64,000 nucleotides of DNA, taken from NCBI GenBank assembly GCA_050506795.1, contig JBJHCF010000019.1, positions 24,675 through 88,674 on the forward strand, written 5' to 3'. Within the stretch, counting starts at the first letter, position 1. Every line of letters starts with the position of its first letter. The notes beneath the pieces were generated by a model. That model did no database searches, was not told the DNA's origin, and saw nothing but the letters and a program-made list of their open reading frames with translations. The position numbers and the translations under genes are program-made. Shown here piece by piece: positions 19,297-29,997 of this stretch. Source of the DNA: Opitutia bacterium. Lineage in GTDB: Bacteria; Verrucomicrobiota; Verrucomicrobiia; Opitutales; T3Sed10-336.

Positions 19297-21530
19297 TGTC
19301 CGTTCTTTCAATTCGCCAGAGAGCATTGCTGCTCCTCCCCGCCTTAATTTTCGCCGCCAGTCCGGTGGCGAAGACCCAGACCGAATCCGTGACTCATGAG
19401 GGTGTGCCGGGATTCCTGGAGGGTGAGTTCAGCAATCTGGCGCTGAATTCGACCGGCGAGCTCTTGCTCGCCCCGGCAGTGGAGACGCTGGCGGCGCTCG
19501 ACGAGCCGATCGTGTGGACGGCGTTGCCGGACGGCGACGGCGGTTTCTACCTCGGCACCGGCAACCAGGGGAAGGTGTATCGGCTTTCCGGAGACGGCGA
19601 ACTGACGCCCGTATTCGATCCGGAGCAGGTGTTGTCACGGGCTCTGGCGGTCGGTCCCGACGGCGCGCTCTACGTAGGGACTTCTCCCGAGGGCAAGATC
19701 TACCGTATTATCGGGGATGCCGAGCCGGAGGTTTTTTTCCAACCGGAAGAGCATTATATCTGGGAGATCGTTTTTGACACCGTGGGCCACATGTACGTGG
19801 CCACCGGAGCGAAGGGGAATATCTATCGGTTGCCGCCCGAGTTCGAGCCGGGTGATGCGGTGGAGCTGTTCTTCGAAAGCGAGCAGACCCACATCTCCAC
19901 GCTGACATGGGACAATGAGGGACGTCTGCTCGCGGGGACGAGCCCCGGGGGGTTGGTGTACCGGTTCGATGAGGATGGAAGGGCGTTTGCTCTCCTGAAC
20001 ACCGGCGATCGGGAGGTACGACGCATCGTGACGGCGGACGATGGAACGCTTTACGTGGCGGCGTTCGCCGGCGACGCCGCCGGAACCGCGGCCCCGGCCC
20101 GACCGACCGGGACGATTGGCAACGTGATCGCTGCCATTCTCGGCGCCGGAGAGAGTGGTTCGGATAACGCCGAAGCCCGATCGCAGAATCAACAACAGGC
20201 CCGCGCCGCCGGTTCGCGGGTGGGCACGATTTACCGCGTCGATCCGGACGGATACTTTGAGCCGTATTGGACCTTACCCGGATACGCCATCCATTCCATG
20301 GCGTTGCTGGCGGATGGCCGATTGCTGGTGGGAACCGGAAATCAGGGGCGCATTTTTTCCGTCACCGGCCCCGGTGAATGGAAACTGCTGCAGCGTCTCG
20401 AGTCCGGGGGCGAGGTCTCCATGGTGGCGGCCGATCCGACCGGAGCGGAGAGAGTGTATGCCTTTACCAGTAACCCGGCGCAGGTGTACCGAATGGATTT
20501 CGGAGTTGCTTCGGAGGGCGTTTATACGTCGAAGGTTCACGATGCCGGTCAAGTGGCGCGTTGGGGGCGGTTTCACCTGGACTCTTCCGGAAGCGGCGTC
20601 CGGGTCAGTGCTCGCAGCGGCAATACGGAAAAACCCGAGAGGACCTGGAGCGATTGGACGGAGCCGGCCGCCACGGTTGAGTCGATATCCCTGGACCTCC
20701 CGGCGGCCCGGTATTTCCAATACCGGCTGCATTTTTCCAACGAAAGCGAGAACGAAAACGCGCTGGACGTGCGCGCCAACCGGGCTCGCTTCTTTTTCAG
20801 CCGGTTTAACGCCGCTCCGGTTATTTCCGCCATCAGACTGGTCCCGGCCGACGTGGCGCTGGAACGGGTACCCCCCTCACCTCAGGCGCCGAGCATCGAC
20901 CTCGATCAGCTGTTCGCTTCCAACAACCAGGCCCGTCAGCAGAACCAGCAGTCCCGCAGCGGCCAGATGCGGGTTTACGAACGGCCCGGGTTGGCCACCA
21001 TCGCCTGGCAGGCGACCGATCCGAACGGAGACCCATTGAGTTACATCCTGAAGATCCGGGCCGAGAACGATGAGTATTGGACCACCCTGGCGGAGGATCT
21101 GCGCGATAATTTTCTATCCTTCAATACCCAGGGATTCGATGAGGGCCGTTATTACGCAAAGGTCATCGCCAGCGATCATTTGGCCAATCCGCCCGGTTCG
21201 GAACGCAGCGCCTCACGGGTGAGCGAAGCCTTTTTGATCGATAATACGGCGCCCGCGATCGAGGTGGTTGAGGTACAAGTCAATGGCCGTGAAGCTCAGG
21301 TGCAACTCGAGGTTGAGGATAAGGTCAGCATTATCACCAATGCTCGTTACTACCTCAATGGCGGCGAACGAACGCCGCTTTTTCCAGAGGATGGTTTTTA
21401 CGACTCCCGAAGTGAGCGTTTCAGCCTTTCATTGAGCGACCTCTCCGCGGGTAGACATAATCTTATCGTGGTCGCCGAGGATGAAGCCGGTAACGAACGC
21501 GTTCGTACCGTTCATTTCGTGGTGGAGTGA
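19293..21530 (+). CDS. Secreted beta-propeller protein with C-terminal FN3/Ig-like domains
   Basis: Repeated 'DG.LY.GT...GK.YR' blades; WQATDPNGD, IDNTAP; start overlaps the upstream stop. Confidence 0.8.
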   Translation: MMSVLSIRQRALLLLPALIFAASPVAKTQTESVTHEGVPGFLEGEFSNLALNSTGELLLAPAVETLAALDEPIVWTALPDGDGGFYLGTGNQGKVYRLSGDGELTPVFDPEQVLSRALAVGPDGALYVGTSPEGKIYRIIGDAEPEVFFQPEEHYIWEIVFDTVGHMYVATGAKGNIYRLPPEFEPGDAVELFFESEQTHISTLTWDNEGRLLAGTSPGGLVYRFDEDGRAFALLNTGDREVRRIVTADDGTLYVAAFAGDAAGTAAPARPTGTIGNVIAAILGAGESGSDNAEARSQNQQQARAAGSRVGTIYRVDPDGYFEPYWTLPGYAIHSMALLADGRLLVGTGNQGRIFSVTGPGEWKLLQRLESGGEVSMVAADPTGAERVYAFTSNPAQVYRMDFGVASEGVYTSKVHDAGQVARWGRFHLDSSGSGVRVSARSGNTEKPERTWSDWTEPAATVESISLDLPAARYFQYRLHFSNESENENALDVRANRARFFFSRFNAAPVISAIRLVPADVALERVPPSPQAPSIDLDQLFASNNQARQQNQQSRSGQMRVYERPGLATIAWQATDPNGDPLSYILKIRAENDEYWTTLAEDLRDNFLSFNTQGFDEGRYYAKVIASDHLANPPGSERSASRVSEAFLIDNTAPAIEVVEVQVNGREAQVQLEVEDKVSIITNARYYLNGGERTPLFPEDGFYDSRSERFSLSLSDLSAGRHNLIVVAEDEAGNERVRTVHFVVE

Positions 21531-21538
21531 CGGGGCGA

Positions 21539-21562
21539 GCCCTTCGGCAGGCTCAGGGCAGG
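21539..21562 (+). repeat. Short REP-like palindrome
   Basis: gcccttcggcaggctcagggcagg with GCCCT/AGGGC arms; resembles from memory the widespread CCCTTCGACAGGCTCAGGGC intergenic element. Confidence 0.5.
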
Positions 21563-21654
21563 GGCGACGCGGGACGTGGGGCGTCTGGGCGCGATGCTCC
21601 GGGCTCTAAAGGCAAATACCATCAATTGCGTTAGCGGGTGATGCGCGGGCCGAA

Positions 21655-21713
21655 GAAAAAGGGTACAGGTGGGGCGATCATAAGGATTTTTTCATCCTAT
21701 GGAAACCTGTCCC
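21655..21713 (-). terminator. Imperfect hairpin plus T-run downstream of the glycoside hydrolase
   Basis: gggtacaggt...acctgtccc outer stem, cataaggat/atcctatg inner stem, TTTTTCTT on the minus strand. Confidence 0.45.
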
Positions 21714-21725
21714 TGGGTAACGCGT

Positions 21726-24374
21726 TCATTCCAGCCAGACTGTTTCCACTTCAAATCCGTAACGCTCGCCGCCCGTATAGCCGGGATTGTCGGATGTATC
21801 CATGAGGAACTGAATCTCCTCGATTTTGCTCGGACGCACCTCGCCCCTGACTCCTGTTTCGAACCATCCGCCCAGGACGCTCGGAAACCCTCTCGGAAGC
21901 ATCATGAATCGGTCCGCTTCGAAGGAGCTCAGCGGGATCCGGTATTCCCGGTAGACATTCTCCAAATCCACCGGCGCGCTGTAGGCGTTGGCGTCGTTGT
22001 CGAGAAGCACAACCTTCATCGGGGCCGGATTGTCGAATTCGGTTTTCGCCCTTACGACGAGATACTGATAGGTATCCAGCGTTTCGGGAGTGATCCCTCT
22101 GATCCTGTCCGCTATGAAGGTGGAGAACCCGAGCACGTGTCTTCCCTGAGTCGGAGTTGTCGACGAAACACTTCTGGCCATCGCGTTTTCGATACCGGTT
22201 TGGACCAGCTGAGACCGGTTGGCGCCGCCACCGCCACTGAACGCCTGGTAGGAACTCTGTTGGTCTTTCTGAGCATGCCAGATTTCAACAGGGCTTCCCG
22301 GCTCAACCGCCCGGGTTGTCCATCGCTGGATGAAGTCATCCTCCCACTCCCAACGGGCGGTGGGAACGCTGCCCGGGAAGGTCAGGTATCCGCTCCCGAC
22401 TTCCCGCTCCACGACGATCCAGTAGTCGACGTCGCCCGCGGTCATAATATCGGCGGGAATATCGGCCTCAAACTTGAACGGGATAACTTCCCGCATCTCG
22501 ACGTTATGATTGGCGCCGGAAGCGGTCTTGACCCGAAGTGACAGGGTGTCGTCATTACGCAGACCGGAGATGTCAGCTGAAATCGTAAGCGGCGCGCCAG
22601 CTTCTCCCTGCTCGGAAGGTCTGTGCCATACCTCCGGATTTTCGGCATTGGCGGGAACCGCGTGATAGTCACCGAGTTTCACAGTGCCGAAACGGCTTTC
22701 GGGTGTCCAACGGCCGCTGTCCACTCCCTCCCGGGTCAGCAGATAGGTTCCCGGGGAAATCGTAAAAGTACCTCCGCTGGCGGTTGCGTTGTAATGGTTG
22801 TCCTCATTCAGCCCCCGGATCCGGAATGAATCACCGAGATCACCCAGGGTGATCTGCATCGGGTGGTCGCGCCATTCGATGCGCACGACGTATCTGAGAT
22901 TGTTTACCGGCCCGACAAACGGGTCCTGGGTCGGGATTGCATCCGGAAATACCTCGAGGCGCCAGACACCGTCTTCAAGCTTATCCAGCAGATAAGCGCC
23001 CCGGCCCGGGTGGGAAACCACGGGAGACGTGCCGACCCCGGCAATGCGCTCGAGCGCCTCCGGATTTTGCGGAGCGGTGTCGGTGTTATTGGAGTAGAGA
23101 AACGCCCGATCGGTATTCATCAAACTGAGATCCTCGTGATGGCTCATGCTGAAACTTCCGAACGTCGTGTCGGCCGGATAGGCTTCGAACTGCTGTATGT
23201 GATCGATCTCGCGAAATACTTCACCGGCGATGATCATGCTGACCGCTCTTCCCGGTGTGTAGACCAGGTTCAGGTAGTGTGAAATCCAGTCGGAATTCGC
23301 ATGGGCGACCCCGAGGGCGGTATAGGCGAAGTGGGCGGCAAACTGCATTCCGGCCTCACGGAAGCTCCTCGCCGACATAGGAAGGGCGTAATTGTTCAGA
23401 TTGTCGGCCGGATCAAATTCGTAGACCATCTTGGCCATCTTCTGATACCGTTCGTCATCGACCCACGGCATGTCAAAGCTGCTGACAAACGGGAAGTAGT
23501 TGGAACGTTTCTCCCTGCCCTGGTAGAGCCCGGCGTTGTACCACTGGAACGTCACGCCGTCGATATCGGCATCCAGGTAGGCTTCCGGGACTCCGTGCGT
23601 GATGTTGTAGAAGATCGGCTTGTCCCAGCCGCTTTCGCGGAGCTGGTTTGCCATCGTGTTTACAAATTCCAGCGTCCGGTCATATCCGCTGTGGGAAGGT
23701 TCATTGTCAATTTCGATGGCGATGATGTTCGGGTCCTCGATGGGCGTAAGTCCCGTGTAGGGGTTTCGGTAATTGACGATCTGATCGAGATAGTTCCGGA
23801 TCACCGGCCAGAATTCACGATTCTGCGGCGCCGCCGCTTTGGAGATATAGTTGGCAAATCCGGGAGGCTGAATGACATTTCCCTCCGGCCATCCCGCCCC
23901 GTAATAGATGGTGGGGGTGATGATGGTCCTGATGTTATGCTCCTTCATCTTGTAGAGCGAGTAGTTGTGCAAATCGAGGTGGTGGTTTTCGACCAGGTTT
24001 CCCTGTCTGTCCGTGATCTCGATCTCGTAAATGTGTGTGCGGAAAGCTTCCATCCCCATGCGAACCAGGTGATAGACGTCTTCGTCGATCGCCTCTTTGT
24101 GATCCTTTCCCATCACATTCAGACCCCGGTAGGTCTGGGAGAACGGGGTGTAATAATTGACGCCGAAAAGCCGGACCTCTTCACCGGAGTCGGCCCAGTA
24201 CATCACACCGTTTTCTATGGTTACCCGGCCCGGATCGGTCGGTGCGTTTAACCCTGAAGAAGCGGCGGGGGCGGTATTCGCACCGAGCATCAGAAGAAAC
24301 AACAGGACGGTTCCGGAAAGAAAGCAGGCGGCAAATGGCAATGATTTAAGTCGAGTTGTGTGTTTATTGATCAT
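21726..24374 (-). CDS. Secreted clan GH-A (GH5-like) glycoside hydrolase with C-terminal beta-sandwich domains
   Basis: Signal peptide; FGVNYYTPF, IEIDNEP (acid/base candidate), MVYEFD (nucleophile candidate). Confidence 0.72.
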   Translation of the reverse strand: MINKHTTRLKSLPFAACFLSGTVLLFLLMLGANTAPAASSGLNAPTDPGRVTIENGVMYWADSGEEVRLFGVNYYTPFSQTYRGLNVMGKDHKEAIDEDVYHLVRMGMEAFRTHIYEIEITDRQGNLVENHHLDLHNYSLYKMKEHNIRTIITPTIYYGAGWPEGNVIQPPGFANYISKAAAPQNREFWPVIRNYLDQIVNYRNPYTGLTPIEDPNIIAIEIDNEPSHSGYDRTLEFVNTMANQLRESGWDKPIFYNITHGVPEAYLDADIDGVTFQWYNAGLYQGREKRSNYFPFVSSFDMPWVDDERYQKMAKMVYEFDPADNLNNYALPMSARSFREAGMQFAAHFAYTALGVAHANSDWISHYLNLVYTPGRAVSMIIAGEVFREIDHIQQFEAYPADTTFGSFSMSHHEDLSLMNTDRAFLYSNNTDTAPQNPEALERIAGVGTSPVVSHPGRGAYLLDKLEDGVWRLEVFPDAIPTQDPFVGPVNNLRYVVRIEWRDHPMQITLGDLGDSFRIRGLNEDNHYNATASGGTFTISPGTYLLTREGVDSGRWTPESRFGTVKLGDYHAVPANAENPEVWHRPSEQGEAGAPLTISADISGLRNDDTLSLRVKTASGANHNVEMREVIPFKFEADIPADIMTAGDVDYWIVVEREVGSGYLTFPGSVPTARWEWEDDFIQRWTTRAVEPGSPVEIWHAQKDQQSSYQAFSGGGGANRSQLVQTGIENAMARSVSSTTPTQGRHVLGFSTFIADRIRGITPETLDTYQYLVVRAKTEFDNPAPMKVVLLDNDANAYSAPVDLENVYREYRIPLSSFEADRFMMLPRGFPSVLGGWFETGVRGEVRPSKIEEIQFLMDTSDNPGYTGGERYGFEVETVWLE

Positions 24375-24402
24375 AATAAAAAGGTAATTTGTTCTGTTTC
24401 GA

Positions 24403-24642
24403 TCAGAGATCCGGCCGAATGACCACCCGGTAAAACGCCCGGTCAACCTCTGGGTGGTGAATGTCCGAGGATTCGATCTCCTCCCGTGTTTCCGCGTGAA
24501 ACGTCCCGGCGGCGTCTCTCCAGACGACGATGTCGGCGCTTCCGACCTTGTGGTCCTCCGCTCCCGCGACCCCCGCCGGCAGCAGCAACCCCAGGATCAG
24601 AAAGCGGATAACGAGAAGCAGGAATGTCCTGTTTGTAGACAG
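24403..24642 (-). pseudogene. Internally deleted remnant of a secreted protein paralogous to 24893-26425
   Basis: Signal peptide, then SADIVVWRDAAGTFHAETRE (cf. GADVVVWKDDDGIFHAEKRD), then directly RAFYRVV tail; only a CTG at the expected start. Confidence 0.6.
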
Positions 24643-24727
24643 AGGGTATCCGAAAAGGCTTCTGGTCGTTGTTTTGGCTGACCGGGCCGGACGGACGGAG
24701 CACGCTCGTGATTTCGAATATCCAACA

Positions 24728-24798
24728 CGCGGGCTGAAGCACCGCGCTACGCTAGTTTCGCTCGTCGTTCCTGTCGTAGCTCGGTGCTTTAGCCCGAG
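24728..24798. repeat. Inverted pair of GTAG-type REP elements
   Basis: GTAGCGCGGTGCTTCAGCCCGCG on minus (24728-24750) and GTAGCTCGGTGCTTTAGCCCGAG on plus (24776-24798). Confidence 0.75.
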
Positions 24799-24872
24799 TA
24801 ACCAGGCCGCCGACGGCCTGGAAAACTCTTTCGGACGGGGTCTGGAAAGCATGTTAACCTTTTCGAAAGAGT

Positions 24873-24892
24873 ATGGACCATCCATGGTCCAT
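24873..24892 (-). terminator. Perfect 9-bp inverted repeat abutting a stop codon
   Basis: ATGGACCAT-cc-ATGGTCCAT directly after the stop at 24893; weak U-tract. Confidence 0.35.
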
Positions 24893-26425
24893 TCATCCCC
24901 CCAGATTTGCCAGAGGCTGATCGACGATATACTCGATTTGCATATTCTGGCCGGGATCCGTCCGCCACTCGAATACCAAATCCCACTGATTGCTGCCGCC
25001 GTTATACTCGAAGTAGTGGTCCCAGGCAAAGGAACCTTCAGGCGCTTGCGAAGCTCTGGCCCTCAGGTCGAGCGAAACATTCCGGTGAGGGCTTACTCCG
25101 TTTACGCGCGCCGCCGGGTTCGCTCCGGATTGGAGCGTCACCGTTCCCTGCGCGACTCCGGCGCCAAGGTTGTTTCTGACGAAGGTCGATGCGGAGTGTA
25201 GCGACAGGTTGGAAACTGTTCCGGCGTCGCGCAGGTCGTTGTTGGCGATGATTCCATTCTGACCGGAAAAGACGATGCCGTGCGTCTGGGTGCGCTGCCC
25301 CGCGGGTCGGTCGTCGTAGATGCGCATATTCGTGATGGATACGCCGTCGGCGGTCCGGTCGGGCGTCGGATTCGCGTCAAAGGTGTAAACGGTGATCGCC
25401 GTGCCACGAGTGTTCTTGATCACGCCGTTGGTGATGATCGTGTTGGGGGAACTGCTCAACCTGATGCCGTAGTCGCGGGCGCCTTCGATATAGATATTGC
25501 TGACGACCATGTCTCCGGTGCCGGTGTGAATGTGGATCCCCCGGGGCGCGTTAATGCTCACGAGGCCATTCAGGGTGATGCGGCCGTGATTGTTCGCGGT
25601 GACCCGGAACGACGCGTAATTCGAAGTGGCGTTGGGATTATAGGCGATGATATTGCCGATCGTGGCGTCGTCGGTCTCGTTGAGAAGGACGCCGGAGCCG
25701 GTGTGATGTTTGGCGATGATCTGTCCAATCTGCAACCGGTCGACTCCCCGGGTTTCAAACGCGTGATTGCCGCCCTCAATGTACATCGAATCGATTTGAA
25801 TATCGCGGGACCGTCCGGCGGAACCCTCGTGATCGATCCGGATGGGAGACCAGCCGCCCACATTCAGATAGGCATGACCGATGTGAACATTGGAGACGCT
25901 TTCCATTTTGATCGCCCATCCCGTCTCGCCGGTGATGTTGATGTTCGGAATATCGACATGGGTGGCGTTTCGCACCTTGACCAGCACGCGTTTGTTCAGC
26001 GTCGCACCCGCCGGCGCATCCTCATCGATCTCGGCATGGAGCGTCGCGGGAATGTCCAGGATGGTGTAGCTGGGAACCATGAGCGCCTCGGCCGGCGATT
26101 GCGTCGCGTATCGGGTGATCGTGCCCGAGGAGACCACGAGGACCCTTTCCTTGACCGTGCGCCCCGGGGTGAGGCTGTTCATGGCGGCCTGAATGGCATG
26201 GTCGATGTGCTCGCCGCTGAAGACGATCCCGTCACGTTTTTCGGCGTGAAAGATCCCGTCATCATCTTTCCAAACAACAACATCAGCGCCTTGAACATAC
26301 CCGCTATTAGCCACAGCGAACGTTGTCAGGAGCATAAACGCGAACATCCCAATTGCCACCAAGGCAAATAAACCTGATTTTTTCATAATCTTCATTTTCC
26401 TTCGGCCAATTGTTCTGGTTTTCAT
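24893..26425 (-). CDS. Secreted right-handed parallel beta-helix (pectin lyase-like) protein
   Basis: Signal peptide; repeated I/V-x-N-I strands (NVHIGH, DIQIDS, MVVSNIYIE, TIITNGVI, SITNMRI). Confidence 0.75.
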   Translation of the reverse strand: MKTRTIGRRKMKIMKKSGLFALVAIGMFAFMLLTTFAVANSGYVQGADVVVWKDDDGIFHAEKRDGIVFSGEHIDHAIQAAMNSLTPGRTVKERVLVVSSGTITRYATQSPAEALMVPSYTILDIPATLHAEIDEDAPAGATLNKRVLVKVRNATHVDIPNINITGETGWAIKMESVSNVHIGHAYLNVGGWSPIRIDHEGSAGRSRDIQIDSMYIEGGNHAFETRGVDRLQIGQIIAKHHTGSGVLLNETDDATIGNIIAYNPNATSNYASFRVTANNHGRITLNGLVSINAPRGIHIHTGTGDMVVSNIYIEGARDYGIRLSSSPNTIITNGVIKNTRGTAITVYTFDANPTPDRTADGVSITNMRIYDDRPAGQRTQTHGIVFSGQNGIIANNDLRDAGTVSNLSLHSASTFVRNNLGAGVAQGTVTLQSGANPAARVNGVSPHRNVSLDLRARASQAPEGSFAWDHYFEYNGGSNQWDLVFEWRTDPGQNMQIEYIVDQPLANLGG

Positions 26426-26576
26426 AATCGATCGTGTGTATGGGTCTGTTTGAGGATTAGGAAGCTAGCACGCCCGAAGAGAGCCGTCGAAGCTCAAAAA
26501 GTGCGATTTAAGGCATTTCCCGTGACATTTCGCGCACGACCGGTACATTGCGATTGCGAATTCAAACCTATTTCCC

Positions 26577-26770
26577 ATGTTCACCTCCCGTCCAAAGGAT
26601 TATCCCCGTCGTCGTGTTCTCCTGGCCATGCACTGGTGGGAGGACCGCATTCTGGAGGGAGTGGCGCGTTATGCCGCGGAGTGCGAATTTGCGAATCGTT
26701 TTCACCTGTCGCGGGCGTTCGCCCGTACCACCGGCGTATCCCCGAACAGCTACCGCAAACACAAGCGAAC
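26577..26770 (+). pseudogene. Collapsed XylR-like (sugar-binding plus AraC) regulator
   Basis: RRVLLAMHWWEDRILEGVARYAAE joined directly to the AraC terminal HTH CEFANRFHLSRAFARTTGVSPNSYRK. Confidence 0.68.
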
Positions 26771-26851
26771 GTCACGGGTCGTGAAACGCCAAATGACCGC
26801 GAACTCGTCAGTCGATTCCGGCCGGCGTTTCGAGTTTCCAATCAAGGCGTA

Positions 26852-27511
26852 TCACTCGGACGGCAACTCCCGAATCGCGATGGAGCGAAATTCGACGGTT
26901 CCGGTTTCGCCCTGGATGCCGATGTACTGACCCGGCGTTCCAATTCCGGCGGCTTCAGTGAGAAGCTCATCGTTCAACCAGACCTTGAGCTCTTCCCCGG
27001 CGACCTTGATCTCCAGGATCTGCCATTCACCCGTCTCCCGAGACAGCCTTCTTGCGTCCTCGGGGTCGTACCGGGTCTCGCCGGAGGGCATGCCGTGCCT
27101 GAACACGGCGCCGAGCGGGGGGAAAGGCCACTCCTCAGCCCGCGGGTTGAGCATTTGCACCTGGTAGCTGCCCTGCGGCCAGCCGCGGGCGAAGGTGTTG
27201 TCGCTCGAAGCTCTTACAAATATGCCGCTGTCGGCGTTGTCGGTGAGAAAACGAAACTCCGCCCGCAAACGAAAATCCATGTACGTCGCGCGCGATCGCA
27301 ACCATCCCTGCGGTTCCACCACCCGCAATACTCCTTCATCGGTTATGGAAAAGTTCTCCTCTGGTGCGTTCTCCACCACCCAATTTGAAAGTTCCGGGTC
27401 GAGTAGTTCCGTCTTGCCCGGCGTTTCCGGCCCCTGGTCTGCCGAGGCCGTCAAGCCTCCGCAGATGAGAAAAAAGGCGCCGAGCCGGCGGAGGTGTTTG
27501 GTCGATGACAT
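26852..27511 (-). CDS. DUF1080 (3-keto-disaccharide hydrolase-like) protein
   Basis: Signal peptide; DFRLRAEFR, DSGIFVRA, YQVQM, GEWQ, IGIQGE, VEFRSIAIREL. Confidence 0.88.
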   Translation of the reverse strand: MSSTKHLRRLGAFFLICGGLTASADQGPETPGKTELLDPELSNWVVENAPEENFSITDEGVLRVVEPQGWLRSRATYMDFRLRAEFRFLTDNADSGIFVRASSDNTFARGWPQGSYQVQMLNPRAEEWPFPPLGAVFRHGMPSGETRYDPEDARRLSRETGEWQILEIKVAGEELKVWLNDELLTEAAGIGTPGQYIGIQGETGTVEFRSIAIRELPSE

Positions 27512-27804
27512 AGAAGTTTCTTTCCCGGTGCTGGTGAAGTGACCGCAACTGTCGGCGGAGGCGAAACAGGTATGGTCCACTCCAGGCTGCCTGATTAATG
27601 GGTGATTAACGAGTCCACCCTGTCTCAAGGTGTGGGATGGCGCAAGCACAACCGATTCCTCGCGGATCGAGCCCACCCGTCCCGGCACGTCGTCGGCGGA
27701 TCCCGCGCTTCCCGATGCCAGGCGGTTGGTCCCCTGCAAAGGATTGACCCGGTTGGTTCAGGGTGTTTGTCTGCTCGTTTTTCACCAACGATTGGAGACG
27801 ATAC

Positions 27805-29598
<1,794 letters not shown>

Positions 29599-29689
29599 TC
29601 CCTTGTTGCTGAAATCCTGCGCAAATCGCGCAAGATAATTTGTCTTGTTAGGTCATATAAGCTAGGGCTGAACCCGATTTCACCATTCG

Positions 29690-29866
29690 ATCTCTGGCGA
29701 AACTGAAGGGATTGTGAATCCGGTGCTGACCGCCCGATTGGGAGAGCGTGTGCGCATCACGATTATCAACGGCGAGTTCATGGTTCACGACGTCGCGATG
29801 GAACGGCATGGGGTGGCGAGCGAACAAATCCCGCAGGAGGGCCTCCTCGAACTGGCGGGGGAATAG
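29690..29866 (+). pseudogene. Cupredoxin-domain fragment
   Basis: Manual translation SGETEGIVNPVLTARLGERVRITIINGEFMVHDVAMERHGVASEQI..*; lacks the C-terminal Cys/His/Met ligands. Confidence 0.55.
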
Positions 29867-29997
29867 AGTATTGCGGGTCGGCAGTCCTATGAGCATAGTG
29901 TGAGTTATCCACCAACCATTCAATCCTGACCCGTCGGCAACGCTGGGGCTTTATCCCTTCACGCATTGAAGCCGGGAATCCGCAGGGGTTCGTTCTT

